A DNA stretch of 64,000 bases from Epiperipatus broadwayi. Taxonomy: Eukaryota; Animalia; Onychophora. Both the position numbers and the translations under genes were made by a program. The number at the start of each line of letters is the position of its first letter. Positions within the stretch are counted from its first letter, which is position 1. This document shows, piece by piece, positions 24,556 to 37,502 of the stretch. Under the pieces are notes generated by a model that was not told where the DNA came from, ran no database searches, and saw only the letters and a program-made list of their open reading frames with translations. The stretch is taken from contig JAQFVV010000010.1 in the NCBI GenBank assembly GCA_028023455.1, positions 12,772,001 to 12,836,000 of the forward strand, written 5' to 3'.

Positions 24556-27273
24556 TATAAGATCATTCCATTGACTCATTGTAAATCAAAAGATTTCGCA
24601 AGTACTAATGTATAATAGGAATTGTGGACTTAATCAGTGAAGTATTGAGTAGCTTCACGCTTTCAGATCTAACCGCTTCAGCTTCACCTATTTATATAGA
24701 AAGTAGGTTGAAGTAAAGAAGGGTTCTCCTCTTTTTTTCCAATGCGTAAGCTTGTGATTAAAACCTGTAGAGGTTCCTACGTTCGCATTTTCAACTGCAC
24801 ATGCGTTAGGTTTATTGCCTTGGTAAATAAGACTTACTATTAATCTTTCAGATAGGCGACTCATAGCCAACCATGCAATTTTAGCTGATAAATGGTGATC
24901 TAACTTTCTTGGCTAGAGAGTAAAACAATTTAAATCTCTACTAATTGGAGTTTCAAGCTGTAAGTAATGCTTTTTTCACTGTTGTTTCTTATGTGAGATT
25001 TGTTTATGAGGTCATTGCTGTGCAATAATGTATTTAAGAGGCTATTTTATTTTTTATCAGTTTATTGTATAGTTATGGTTCAATATATTCATCAGACCTA
25101 TGTTTGATATGAAATTTATTAAATTCTGTGGAAAGTAGATTATGAAGTTTGATTACAAAGCATCTCGTACATCATTAAGTTTGAATATCACTGGTATAAT
25201 TTTTTTCATTTTCTTCACTACTTAATCTTTTATTTACATTTCTCTGTGTGTGCTAGTGTTGAATATTTAACTTAACGATGTTAAGAAATGATATACTTTG
25301 TGATCTTTTTCTCTTCTCTGCTACTCATTAATAAGTTTTATTTACATTGATAAACTTTAATAAGCCCTTATCAGTAAGATGTATCAGTTATAGACATTTA
25401 TTATTATTGATATATTTAAAATATTTAACAACTGGTAAGCTAAGATTAATATTAAAAAATAATGCAGTTTATCAAAAATTTAAACAAATCTTTTATACAC
25501 ATGAACAAACTAAAATATTTTATTTATTTATACTTTAATGGTTCAGCTTTATTCTGACTTACTAAGCCAATGAACCTGGGAACATTACAAAGAAAACAAA
25601 TTGGATAAGCCAAACTGTAATTATGAAAGTTTAAATGATCAATGAGAACCTTGTAGAGACAAAATGCATCAAAGTAAAATTTTATATGAAGAACACAAAA
25701 GTCAGTGCTAGGTAGAGTAAAGGGAATTTATTACCTCCAAATAGCATTTAATTTAACTAGGATGTCTGAGTTCAAATTTGGCCATAACATTATATGTGTT
25801 TCTTGTAACATGTATAAATATATTACATGTGTATGTAATTTATAAATTAACTCATATCTTTTATGTAAGCATTAACATGTGTCTTCTCAGATATATCCTT
25901 TAAATTATATACATGAGCACCATGGCTAAATCTAATAATCTATTATACATAATAATACTTCTCTCTACTAAATGTCTATTATCAAACAATACTGTCTCAA
26001 GGTTCAAATATGTATTAGGCTATCAAACTATTACACATCAATAAATTATTGATGTTAACTCCACCCCCCAATACAAATTCAGATTTAAATAAAAAGTTTA
26101 TTTTACAAATACAAAAAGTAAATAAATATTATACTATATACAAATATTGTTTTAAATGTATATATGTAGTTATTTTTTGAATTTTTTTTTTTAACTCTAA
26201 CAAAAAAAATTATATCCGCACATATATCTGTGCACGTTTTAAGATGTGTAATATATAAATCTAATGATCATACTTAATCTTTTAAGTTTGACATCTGGTA
26301 TAAACATTATATTACTTTTATACATTAAAATATATAAAGATAGTCAGGTTTAATAAAAGTCAGTGTATTTCTCTTTCATCTTTAAATAACATTAAACCAC
26401 ACAAATGTATTATGCAGTACATAATAATGTATCAAATATATAAAAATATATTTTTAAAAAATAAATAATAATTAACCAAGGAATTTTTTTTTTTTAATGG
26501 CTTCTCTATTGTGAAGAAAAAATGTTAACGTTAAAAAGTACATTTAATAGTAGATAGGACAGTAATATTAAGTATAGCAATGTTTCCATTCCGCAAATGA
26601 TTTAGAACAAATTATTTGAAGATAAATTTTAAAATAGTTCAGCAAGTTTTATAATATTGAAATGAATAGAACTCAAAACAAAATTTTATATACTTTCAGT
26701 TAAAATAGAGTAAAAAAATTTAACGATAATTTTAATGCTAATACTTACATATTCACAATGATTTTATTTTTATATGAGCTATTATTGATATAATCCTTTG
26801 TGAATGATGACTTAGATGTTTATAGCCAGGCTTTTTTAGTGAAGATAATTTCTGAAGTCATTATAGACCTAAACCTGGAATGAACTTCCTCTTCCATTCT
26901 TTGATTGTTTACAACACTAAGTTTTAAAATATAATTCTTATTGCAATAGTCCATTTTATTGTGCTTTAAAAAAAATTATATTTTTCTATTCATGTCCAAG
27001 GAATGTTATATCAAATTTTAGAATATCTTTTTTGCCAAATATCTCAAGTGCATATCTTTTGATTTTATATTCCACTTTTTTTAGATTTAGCTATATACTT
27101 TTTTTGTTTTTTAAATAATATTATTTTAAAAAATTTAAGTAAATAAATGGGTAGGATGACAACCTTGGCACTAATGAGGGCTTTGAACGTTCCATCTTCA
27201 GATTTTCAATGAAATGGAAAGCTGAAGAGTTGTGAGTTAAAATAGTTTGAAGCCTGTCCATTAAAGTATGAAG

Positions 27274-27753
27274 ATGTGAGTGAGGTGTGGGTATACAATT
27301 GTTTTGCAAATATGTAAGTCAGAGAAAAATGAAAATAGATTAATAAAGGAGTATGAGGATAGTAATCTGGACCAACTGATGATTGCTGGTTTAGCATGAA
27401 ATACGTATATTGGTGATTATTTATCTTTTCAACATGTGTGTGATCAGGTGTGTCAGCAATATGAGATGGCACTGAGAGTAGTGGGTCGTGTGAAAGTCTG
27501 AGTTCGAATCCCGTCTATATTACATATATAAATGCAGGTTTAAGCCTGTACAATGTATTAGTAGTAAATAAATAAAATAAATTTTATTAATTTTCTTAAT
27601 AAATACATTTTACATTTATTTTAAAATATTTTAAATCATTTTTTTTTTAAAATTTAAGAATAAACTAATATGATAATCCTTTATTAATCTATTTTCACTT
27701 TTCTCTGACTTACATATTTGCAAAACAATTGTATACCCACACCTCACTTACAT
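27274..27753. repeat. 77-bp inverted repeat pair around a ~326-bp spacer
   Basis: 27274-27350 is the reverse complement of 27677-27753 with few differences. Confidence 0.8.
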
Positions 27754-30700
27754 GTATATACAAAATGTATTGAATGGCATGTAATGTCATACTAAATTAT
27801 CAAGGTTTTAGTTTTTAATGTGAATAATTAAAATGTTTTATTAAAATGAAAATATATTAACTATTCTGAACTAGTATATATAGAATAACAATTTATAGTA
27901 TGTTAATAAAATAAGATCTTGAAGTAAGGATTTATTCTTTATAATTATGCTCATTTCTTATAGTTAGACTCTTTTTTTTTTTTGACTCCAGATTATTAAA
28001 TTGTTTGAATCCACATTATTAATTTACAGTCACAATAAATAGAGAATGCAGTTAATCAAAAATTTAAACAAATCTTTTATGCACATGACAATCTAAAATA
28101 TTTTACTTCTTCATGTAGCATAAAATATGAAAATTGGGGGGGGGGGTAGTATACACATTAGTATGGCTTTTGTTATAATTCAAGTAAATTTGTTCTAGTG
28201 AATGTTCCAATCATCTTCTACAAGTAGTGTAAATAAATAAACAAAATTTTAATAAATAAATAAATATATATTAGTTAATAGAATACAGTATATGATAAGT
28301 AATGTAATAACAAATACAATCAGATTAAATAATTTAAAAATTGGTTTATAGTTCTTTGTAAATAAAAAATAGAATTTTGACAAAGGAAAATTTCCATTTT
28401 CATAATTTATCAATATTTTATTAAAAATTAACTTACAGCAATTTTATTATTATTAATCTGTTTGCACTTATTGAAAAAATGTAACAATTGTAATATTACA
28501 AGCCTCTTAAATTTAGAATTATTTAATGAGGGAATAATATTTAATTTTCCCATGTTTTTTATAATAATAATGAGTATTTATTTAAATATTTTCATCACAT
28601 GATATAAGAATTTTCAAATATTATTTTAAATATAATATGAACATTGGAAATTTATTATAATTTGTAAATGTTTGTAAAAGAGAAAGAAAAATATAAAATC
28701 AGATAAATGATTTCTTTTGTTCTCTCGCTTCAATAATTTTAATTATTTACCAATTTTAATTCTGAAAAGTACTGAGAGAAAAAATTTTCTCTTTGGTAAA
28801 ATATTTAACAATTTTTAATTTTAAGGGGAAAAAATTAATATTTTTTGTTAAATTTTTAATTAAAAGTTTTTTTTTCTTTTCTTTTATCTCTTTCCAAAAG
28901 AAAAGGCAATTTTCAAAATCAGTGTATTTAATATGAGCCGCTTGTTTTGGCAGGGGAAAAAAAACTAATTAAACGAGGAATTTCAAAAATTATGATTCTA
29001 ATTTAAGTTTTTGCCTTGTTTTCCAATTTTTAATTTAAGGAAAATATCTAAACAATGTTCATGTGGGAGTCAGGATTGTTCCAAAAATAGGGAAATGGAC
29101 AAATCAGATGTCTGTCTTAACCAAGATTGTTAACAGAAGTCTTAATCACGCTGTTGAGGTGAGCAATCATTCATAATCAAGCTGCTGACGACAGGAGCAA
29201 GCATGTGCTAAGTTTATCTAAAAGTTAAACAGTATCTACCTCCATGTAACCAGCTTACTAGAAAAATATAAAGAAAAATACCCCTGAAGTAATCTGAAAC
29301 AAATCTTATCTCTAGCCAAGAGCTCATGTGTTTGCCTATTTATGTGATGGTCTGATAAATATTCTATTGCAAGATGGCAAAAAAATTAACTGCATACATT
29401 AGCCTGGTATTGAGAATCCTTGAAGTTTTAAAATTAAGTAACAATTGATATAATTAATTTTAGTAGTATCTTTTTTCAATAGAAACCTTTTATTATTATT
29501 TTTCCTCAAATTAGAATTTTATCCAATTTAAAATTTATTTTTAAGGTAATATTTTTTTTTAAAACATTTTTTTTCATTTGATTTCTCCCCCAAAATTATA
29601 CAGAGTTAATTAAGCTAATTTAAAATGCCCTTATATCTTATTGTGACAAAAAGCTGTTTTTCAACTTTTTTTATTTAAAAGGAAATAACTTTTAGTTGTC
29701 ATAAAAATAAGTTGTGATAGCGCTATCATATTTGATATTTTAGGCAGTGTAATGGTACTGCAATCACTACTTTTCTATATTGTTTTAAGGCAGTATATAT
29801 GTTAAATTATAGTGTGTGACAGGGTGCAGTGGTTCTTTCTATGAAGCTTCCATTTTTAATGTATTAATTTTAAAAAAATTTCCAAGAGATGTCAGCAGTA
29901 TATGAATCTTTGTCTATGGTTGATAGCACAATCTATTGTTCTGACAAAGCTATGAAGGAGGTGGCAATTTGTGATTTGCTGATGCTTTAGATTCTTTTCC
30001 CCTGTGGCTAAATGCTACAAAAAACATGTAATTGTTAATGATTATGATGCAATATTTTTGTAAAAGATATTATTAAACCAACAATTATGTCACTAGGAGC
30101 TTTTGTCTTTGAAAACATTCTATTTTTAAAAGACAGCTCTTAGAAAGTACGTTATGAGAAATTGGTAAAGAAACAGTTATTATAGGCTAAAAGAAAATCA
30201 TTTTTGTAAAACTGTAAATAATTTATTAGCTTCTAGAATTTTTTTTTGTTTTTTTGATGATAACTAATTCTAAATATATCATTTTTAAATAATATAAAAT
30301 TCTAATATCTAATAACTTTTTGAATAGGTATCAGTAAGATTTTCAGTTAGATATTTATTTTCACAACTTTAAAATATTAATTTAAAATATATTTTTATTT
30401 TAATTATTAGAAGGCTTAAATATTTATTAATGTAATATATAAATTAATTTTGTAATATATGTAAAAGATTCAATTGCATAAAAAATCAAACATGGCGTCA
30501 TAGTAAAAATATTACGCCAGCCTATTCAAAAATTTGCTTGGCAGAGTTGACACTGATGTAGTTAATATGAAACTATAATTTTGACAATGTATAAATTTAA
30601 ATTATCATGCCATTTTTTTTAATTTTTAATTAATCAGTTAGTGTATTAAATAATTGTTTTAAAAAATGCTTTAGAGTTAATGACTATTTCTCCAGCTATT

Positions 30701-31974
30701 CTATGAATTGATTTTATTACAGCTTAGTGTTGTAGGGATTATCCCAGTAACATTATTTAAAATAGAATAACCCTATTGTATTTATCTCATTTCCAATTAC
30801 AGTCATTATAGTTGTCCTGTATACTAATGATACCGTATGGCCAAAGCATTGATGGTTATCAGCATATATCAGTGTCCCAATATTTTTTTACGAGTCATAG
30901 ATTAGCACTTGGATATGTGCATCAAAATAATATATTTTGCCCTAAATTTGGCAGTGGCTAGATAAGTAGCCTATTTACAATGTATCTCTTTAGATCCAGT
31001 CACAAGGGATGACTGTTGAGTTTTTTATTTAATTATTGTGTAATGTAATGCTGTGGTGTATAGTTTATAACTACTATACTTATATTTTATGCTGGCTCTC
31101 ATGCTCAGTGTTCAGTGTTTTTGATTATTCAGTGGGAATGGTTTCCCATCTACCCCATGTTTAATCCCCCACCACCATCTGTATTATTACTGTTTATATG
31201 ATTACTAAATGTCTTTGTTGTGTAGATGGAATATCTTTTTGTTGAATAGGATTTTGACTATATTAATTTCCACTTCTTTTTTACTCCCAGTGTAAAACTT
31301 ACTTAATGTTTTTTTTTTGTTGAATTTAGCATTTTAAGAACAAAAATCATTGATTTATTTTTATCAGTTTTAGTATATTTAATTATCAATAGGATAATTA
31401 AAAAATTAATTTATTCTATTTATAATAATTTATTGTTAAACATATTCTTTTCAATTATAGTGATATCGCAGATAAATAATCATCTTTTACAGATAGTATC
31501 TGGAAAACACTCTCATTACTTCAGTTTTCATTACTTACAATAGTATTATCTATTTCTCATAGGAATTCATAATTTATTAAGAGTATAAACTAATTGATCA
31601 AATATAATGTTACTTTTTTTTTGCTCCCCTTCCTCCTTTTATTATGCTAATGAAAAATTTAAAAAGTTTTCAAGTTTAACCAAAAAAAAAAAAAATTTGA
31701 TGTACAAAAATTAAAATATTTATGTGTTCTTATATCCTATCAATTAATTTATATATGTATAAATTTACACAGATAAACTATATGCAGTCACATTTCATTT
31801 ATAATTTTTATCTAGTGTGGATATAGTTAGAAATTTTATTGAATTAGTATGATTTTGTATATAAACAAAGCAAAACTCTCCATACAGTATTACCAACCTG
31901 TGCCAACCACAGTAATCAATGAATGCCAGAAGGCTTGTGCATAAAATCCCTATCTAATGCCTACTCATCCAATA

Positions 31975-32016
31975 TCTTCAGACTAGTTTCTGGCTTGTGG
32001 CCATCGTCAGTGAGGA
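31975..32016 (-). ncRNA. Type I hammerhead, intact core, one stem I mismatch
   Basis: TCCTCA CTGACGA TGGC-CACAA-GCCA GAAA CTA GTC TGAAGA. Confidence 0.82.
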
Positions 32017-32064
32017 GCTTTGGATCTGAGAGCAGTGCACCTAGATCTTAGGATCTAATGCAAC

Positions 32065-32104
32065 CCTCACTGACGATGGCCACAAGCCAGAAACTAGTCT
32101 GGGG
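32065..32104 (+). ncRNA. Type I hammerhead, intact
   Basis: CCTCA CTGACGA TGGC-CACAA-GCCA GAAA CTA GTC TGGGG; palindromic stem III ACTAGT. Confidence 0.88.
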
Positions 32105-32414
32105 ATATTGGATGAGTAGGCATTAGATAGGGATTTTATGCACAAGCCTTCTGACATTTCATTGATTACTCTGGTTGGCACAGGGTGGCAATACTGTATG
32201 GAGAGTTTTGCTTTGTTTATAAACAATTGTGCTAGTATAAGATAGTGATCATGTGATGCTTAATGATTTTGTATACTTGCAGAATCCCAGTCATTATTGT
32301 GAATATATATTATGTTAGTTATTATTGTGTATAGATTTTATTTAAAGTTCCTAGTGTAAAACAAAAAATGATTAAACATTTTCTGATTTCTTTCTTATTT
32401 TTTAATTATTTAAG

Positions 32415-32511
32415 GCTTGTTTTTGGCGAGGAATGAATCCTATCAGTTTCAGTCAACAGCATATGTTGACTCATTTAAATAATTGGATCTCAATTTCTGA
32501 CAAAGTTGATA
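32415..32511 (+). CDS. LETMD1: LETMD1-like internal coding exon
   Basis: ttaag|GCT...A|gtaagt; ACFWRGMNPISFSQQHMLTHLNNWISISDKVD, carrying the conserved ACxxRG(L/M)N motif; phase 0 start fits the exon ending at 12439. Confidence 0.9.
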
Positions 32512-33048
32512 GTAAGTATATTTTGTAATTAGGAGGAATGTGTGAAATTGTTTAAATAAATTTGAGTTGAAAAAGTATATGTTTATTCATTAGAAAAAAA
32601 TACTACAATTGTATATAATTTAATGACAGAAATAGCAAAATTTGCTACAGTAATGTAGCAGATGTTCATGTAAATAAAGCATTAAACTTAATTAAATTTC
32701 GTAAAGAAAACAAAAGAATTACAGAACATTTGGAAAAGTGTCAAGAAAATGTTTTGTTGATAGAATATAAAACAATAAAATTATATTAGAAATAACAAAA
32801 TTTATAAAATGTACAAACTTAATTACTTGTCAATGACATGAAAACATTTTTCAGAAATTGAATATTTTATTTGATTTAAATAAATTTTTTTTAAAAATTG
32901 CTATTACTCTTAAAAAGAATATGGTTTCATAAATATTGAGAATAGTCATTATTAAATTAAATGTAATTCAATAATTCCAAAGTCAGAAAATGGATGTGCT
33001 CATACCTAAAAGAAAGTAATGAATCTTTTATTTTATTTTTTGTCTTAG

Positions 33049-33077
33049 CTTACAAGCAGTACGATTCTTTGCATTAT
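33049..33077 (+). CDS. LETMD1: Candidate LETMD1 29-nt micro-exon (or start of a terminal exon reading through to a stop ~40 nt further on)
   Basis: Good acceptor ttttttgtcttag; phase-compatible (T)YKQYDSLHY followed by gtaatt. Confidence 0.45.
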
Positions 33078-35943
33078 GTAATTAATAATATCAATCTTCA
33101 TGGCAGCTTTATATAAGTATCAACTAAGGATTCTATATTGTAGCCCAAGAAATACTTGTAAACTTTTGTGACCACTTTTTGTCTAAATGTTTTTTATTTA
33201 GTATGAGGATTGGTAGATAAAGTTGCACCCAATTGGTGGATCTACTATTTTTATGCTATCCAAGAATGGTGTAATAAAAATCTAATAAAACTTATTAATG
33301 ACCTGAAAGTTTCAACTTTAAATATTTAAAATTAGATTACTTATTTGTACAGTTATACATCGGTCTAAAATATTTAGAAACTATATTCCTGTAATCTCAT
33401 GATACAAGTTAATTATCCAAGTCCTAGTTTCAAGAGTTTGTCAAATTAGCTTTCATATCCAAAATCTCGAATATTGTTAAATATTTAAACAGATATTAAA
33501 TGTAATTATTAAATAATATCAATAACTATTACTTTCACTGTCTATTTCTGCACAATGTCTTTATAAACAAAAATATATAACCATTAAAATTGATTTTTTT
33601 TTTTTAATTTGGCTTTCTTGCAGTATCAGCCACATTTTTATTATCATAAAAATGATAAGTAGTTAAAAAAATTTTGCAATTAAATTTTGTTTACTTTTTT
33701 GCTTAGTTGCCACTTTATATGAAGTAAATGAAAATTATGAGTTACTAGAGTTGTTGGACAATTTATTTTTGTAGTTAAAAAGTGACAAATGAGTATGGTA
33801 AACATAGTCACAAAAGTCAGGCATATCAATCTATTTGCTTTAATAATATCTAAGTTTAATTTTATTTTAAAAATATCTGCATATTCATTTATAAAGAATT
33901 TTTAAAAAAATATTACTAGTGTTGTGAAATTTCAAATTGTAGGGCATATATTCAAACTGAACAAGAGAAGTCTCATCATTTTTCAGAATTTCAATCTATT
34001 AAAATAAGTATCACAGATCTTTTTTCTTATACTTTTTCTGTATTGATCATTGTACAATAAATGTATACTTTGAATATCTATAAATAATAATAAATTTAAT
34101 CTTCACATCTTATTACCTAAACTATTGCTATATGTTTATAATAAAAGATGCACCTAGAAAATATAGGCTCACTTTTCTTTTTAGATCCAATTATTTACTG
34201 GATATCAATAAAAAATTTAAAGTTGCATAATTTTATATATATGTAATACTTGTCCGCAAGCATACATCACTTATATTTTACTTACCATGAATGAATTTAT
34301 CATAAAATGAGTTGACTAATTACTTACGAAAAAGGTGGAAGAAGAAAATGCAGTAAAAAGTAGAGAATTCTTGATTCTCTTATTCAACACTTCTCACTTC
34401 AATACAAACTCTTGATTAATTAACCATTAAATGAGAATCTTGAATATGTAATTATAATGAGTAGCAAATAAATGTAAATATTTCATACTCAATATCATTC
34501 AGTAAATATTCCCAGAAGACATACTTAACTATAGACTCACCTTAATTTGCGTAGCCTATTACTGACACATTTAATAACAATAAAATTAAATTGACCATTC
34601 TCACCTGCTTATATTAGAGGTTCTTCTAATTCACTCATATTAAAATTTCTCATTCCCAAGAATTTACACAAATCAATTTTTTTCAAACCAATTAGTCAGT
34701 TTGAGATCTCACATATAAAGAGAATCTTACAAGGTAGCCAGTAAATAATTAAACAATATTAAAATTATAATTGGAATTAAATTGGCAACAAAAAATAAAT
34801 AAGTCTCTGCATATTTTAGATTTTAAATTACAATCCTATATCTCAAGTTTTTGGGTCATCTGAATTTAACTTTAAATTATATCAACATTTGGAATCTAAT
34901 TTTTATTATGAAAATGGATTTATGATTCGTATTTATTTCTATAATATTTTTATTTAAAATTACTCTGAATTTTTATACCAATCAGTGAATTGTAAATATA
35001 TGTGGATATTGAGATAATATACTTGGATATGACAATGACCAAATTACATATATTTTGCCTATCAATTTAAATGGTGGAGTCTTTACTAAATTTGTTTTAA
35101 TAATAAATATTTTTTATGTTTATCGTATACTATTGCTTATATTTCCTTTATGGCATGTTGTAATTTTGATCACTTATGAATGTGTAATTTAGATATTTAA
35201 ACAATATCTTCTTTTGTGAAGGATAACAATCTTGTTTAGCATCATATTGAATTTTTAAAAAATTGATTCGAGACCAATTTTCACAATAACTTCAATTTTA
35301 ATAATGTTAGAACAAAATGCTATATATTGACAGAAAATAAAAAAATCTAAGGAAAAAAGTAAAGCTAAGAAAAGTAGTGATTACCATTAAAAAAGGAGGA
35401 AGAAAACATTTCAATATCCCAAAAAATTATTACTTTATTGTTTGTTCATAATTACTAATTTATCATTAACTAAGTTTAAAATTATATCTTCACTGATAAT
35501 TTCTTTGTGATCAAACCATATATAATACTTCTTATCTGAGATAATCCATAAAAAAGAACCATAACAATTCATCATATTTTTTTGTACTCCAGAAATTTAA
35601 AAATCCCAATACATCTATAAGAAAAAAGATTCTTCCTAATAAAAAATACAAAATAAATCATTTCCAGAAGGTGGATATGCATTTGTTGTAATCATAGCAA
35701 TTAGCTTCTTGTATATCCAAAACTAGAAATTAAAGGCCACTGTCTTTATCAATGTTAAAATGGATCTTTTTTCAACTTATATCTTTTGTACATACCAATG
35801 ATGCTATCTTGTTGTATTTATTGTCCCATAGAGATATAATTTATTTACATATAGATCATTTACTAGCTGTAGACTTGAAAATAATGTGATGCAAAATGTG
35901 GCAAAATTATTGACTCCACAGCTTGAGTACCAAGGTATAGGCA

Positions 35944-36027
35944 AGAATCTGTATTTGATTCTTTGTCTGCATACAATTCCATGTGATATATTTGATTCTT
36001 TGTCTGCATACAATTCCATGTGATATA
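35944..36027. repeat. Two-copy ~39-bp tandem duplication
   Basis: TATTTGATTCTTTGTCTGCATACAATTCCATGTGATATA repeated head-to-tail. Confidence 0.85.
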
Positions 36028-36106
36028 TACATAACCAATGTAACTATCACTGCACATCCACCATTTGAAATCTCTCTTTATTGATTTTAAGAGTTTATAT
36101 TTTCAG

Positions 36107-36169
36107 GTGGCCCTATGCCCAGTAAATTTTGTGATTGCTTCATTAATTGCAACCTTTCTGTGCATCTGA
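36107..36169 (+). CDS. LETMD1: Candidate terminal LETMD1 exon VALCPVNFVIASLIATFLCI*
   Basis: Acceptor tattttcag; in phase 0 after the micro-exon gives SLHY|VALCPVNF, loosely like the LETMD1 C-terminal SLLLHNVVLLSTNY. Confidence 0.35.
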   Translation: MALCPVNFVIASLIATFLCI

Positions 36170-37244
36170 TAATCAGCTTTAAAATTTATATTGCGCTGTT
36201 CTATAATAACCTAATTTTATATATGTAGTGAAAATCATTACTTGTTACATAAACATGACATGCAAGTACAAACACACTAATAAAAATATAGATACTCTAA
36301 TAAATTATTAAACCTTTTGAGAATCATTATGTCTATAAAATAAGGTTGCCTCAAATTTGGATCAGAGCCCCAAAGTTACATTGTACATAATCGACTAATT
36401 TTATAGATGCAATCAAAATCATTACTTTCTTTATATTTGAATAAAAATATAATTTCTATACTACACAGTCACTAATACCAGACATACACAATAATAAAGT
36501 ATATATTTATCAAATAATAAAAAATAATAATAATAATAATATCTAAATAATAAAAAAATCTAAAATTGAATACTTACATATATGAAAGTTATGTTTATTT
36601 GCGGGATGAAGGCCTTGAAATTGCAAAATCTTCAAAGCATGTTGAATTCATTTTCTAATAACATTTTGCCAATAAAACATTTACGCCTTTGTTATCTCTG
36701 TTCAATAAATTGAGCAGAAAAAAAAAATTAAATGGACTTATTATAAAAAAAAATTGATAAATATAGACTTTTATCCTATTTTAACATGCAGTATATAAAA
36801 TGAAAGAGGAAATCAAACCGGAGAGCATGATGGTATTAGCACATGCATAGTCCATTTGGTTTTCCCGCAATTTTAAAATGAAAAAGAAATTTTAATTTCA
36901 AAATAATAAGTGGCAATCAACTAACTTTTGTGAAACACTCCAACCATTTGCAGAACATAAGGTACTACTATCAGTGTTACCACTGTGTAATAATTTTTAA
37001 AAAATCTTTCAATTAATACAATAAATTGCTTTAAATATTTATATTTTGTATTTATTAAAGTTCTCTTTCTTTTTTAATTAGTTATAATTATCAGATGTGT
37101 TTGACATATATGTGTTCAGGTGTATCAGTGATATGAGATAGTGGTGAGTCTTATGAAAGTCTATGCTCATATACCCTATATATTACATATATTGATACAG
37201 GTATATAATAAGCCTGTATTTCAATTATTAATATATATATATAT

Positions 37245-37502
37245 AACTACAACCATTAAATGTCTGTATTTTTAAATTATATAATAATAATTCAAACAAA
37301 TATATTTAACACAGTATTCAAAATTAAATAATCTATTCTTTACCAGAAGTACTTTCAATTGTTTCACTGACAATCTTTATTTTTTGTACGTTTGTATTAA
37401 CAGTTGATAAAGATTGTCAGTGAAACAATTGAAAGTACTTCTGGTAAAGAATAGATTATTTAATTTTGAATACTGTGTTAAATATATTTGTTTGAATTAT
37501 TA
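37245..37502 (-). repeat. Perfect 96-bp-arm palindrome with tail and TSD (family E)
   Basis: Arms 37285-37380 / 37407-37502, 26-nt spacer, 40-nt tail 37245-37284; direct repeat AATTATTAATATATATATATAT at 37223-37244 and 37495-37516. Confidence 0.85.

Larger units (their letters stand above)
31862..32262 (+). mobile_element. Fold-back hammerhead element, family B copy 2
   Basis: Arms 31860-32015 / 32065-32221, 49-nt spacer, 41-nt tail 32222-32262 homologous to the copy-1 tail, 13-bp TSD ATGATTTTGTATA (31849-31861, 32263-32275). Confidence 0.9.

Noticed and set aside
24640-24690. Minus-strand CTGAAGC...GAAA hammerhead-like motif
   Set aside because: A9 is missing, stem II is poor and there is no valid NUH triplet or stem I.
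29700-30200. Possible decayed PIF/Harbinger transposase (FAD...FPL-like fragment)
   Set aside because: Motifs are too fragmentary to support by eye.
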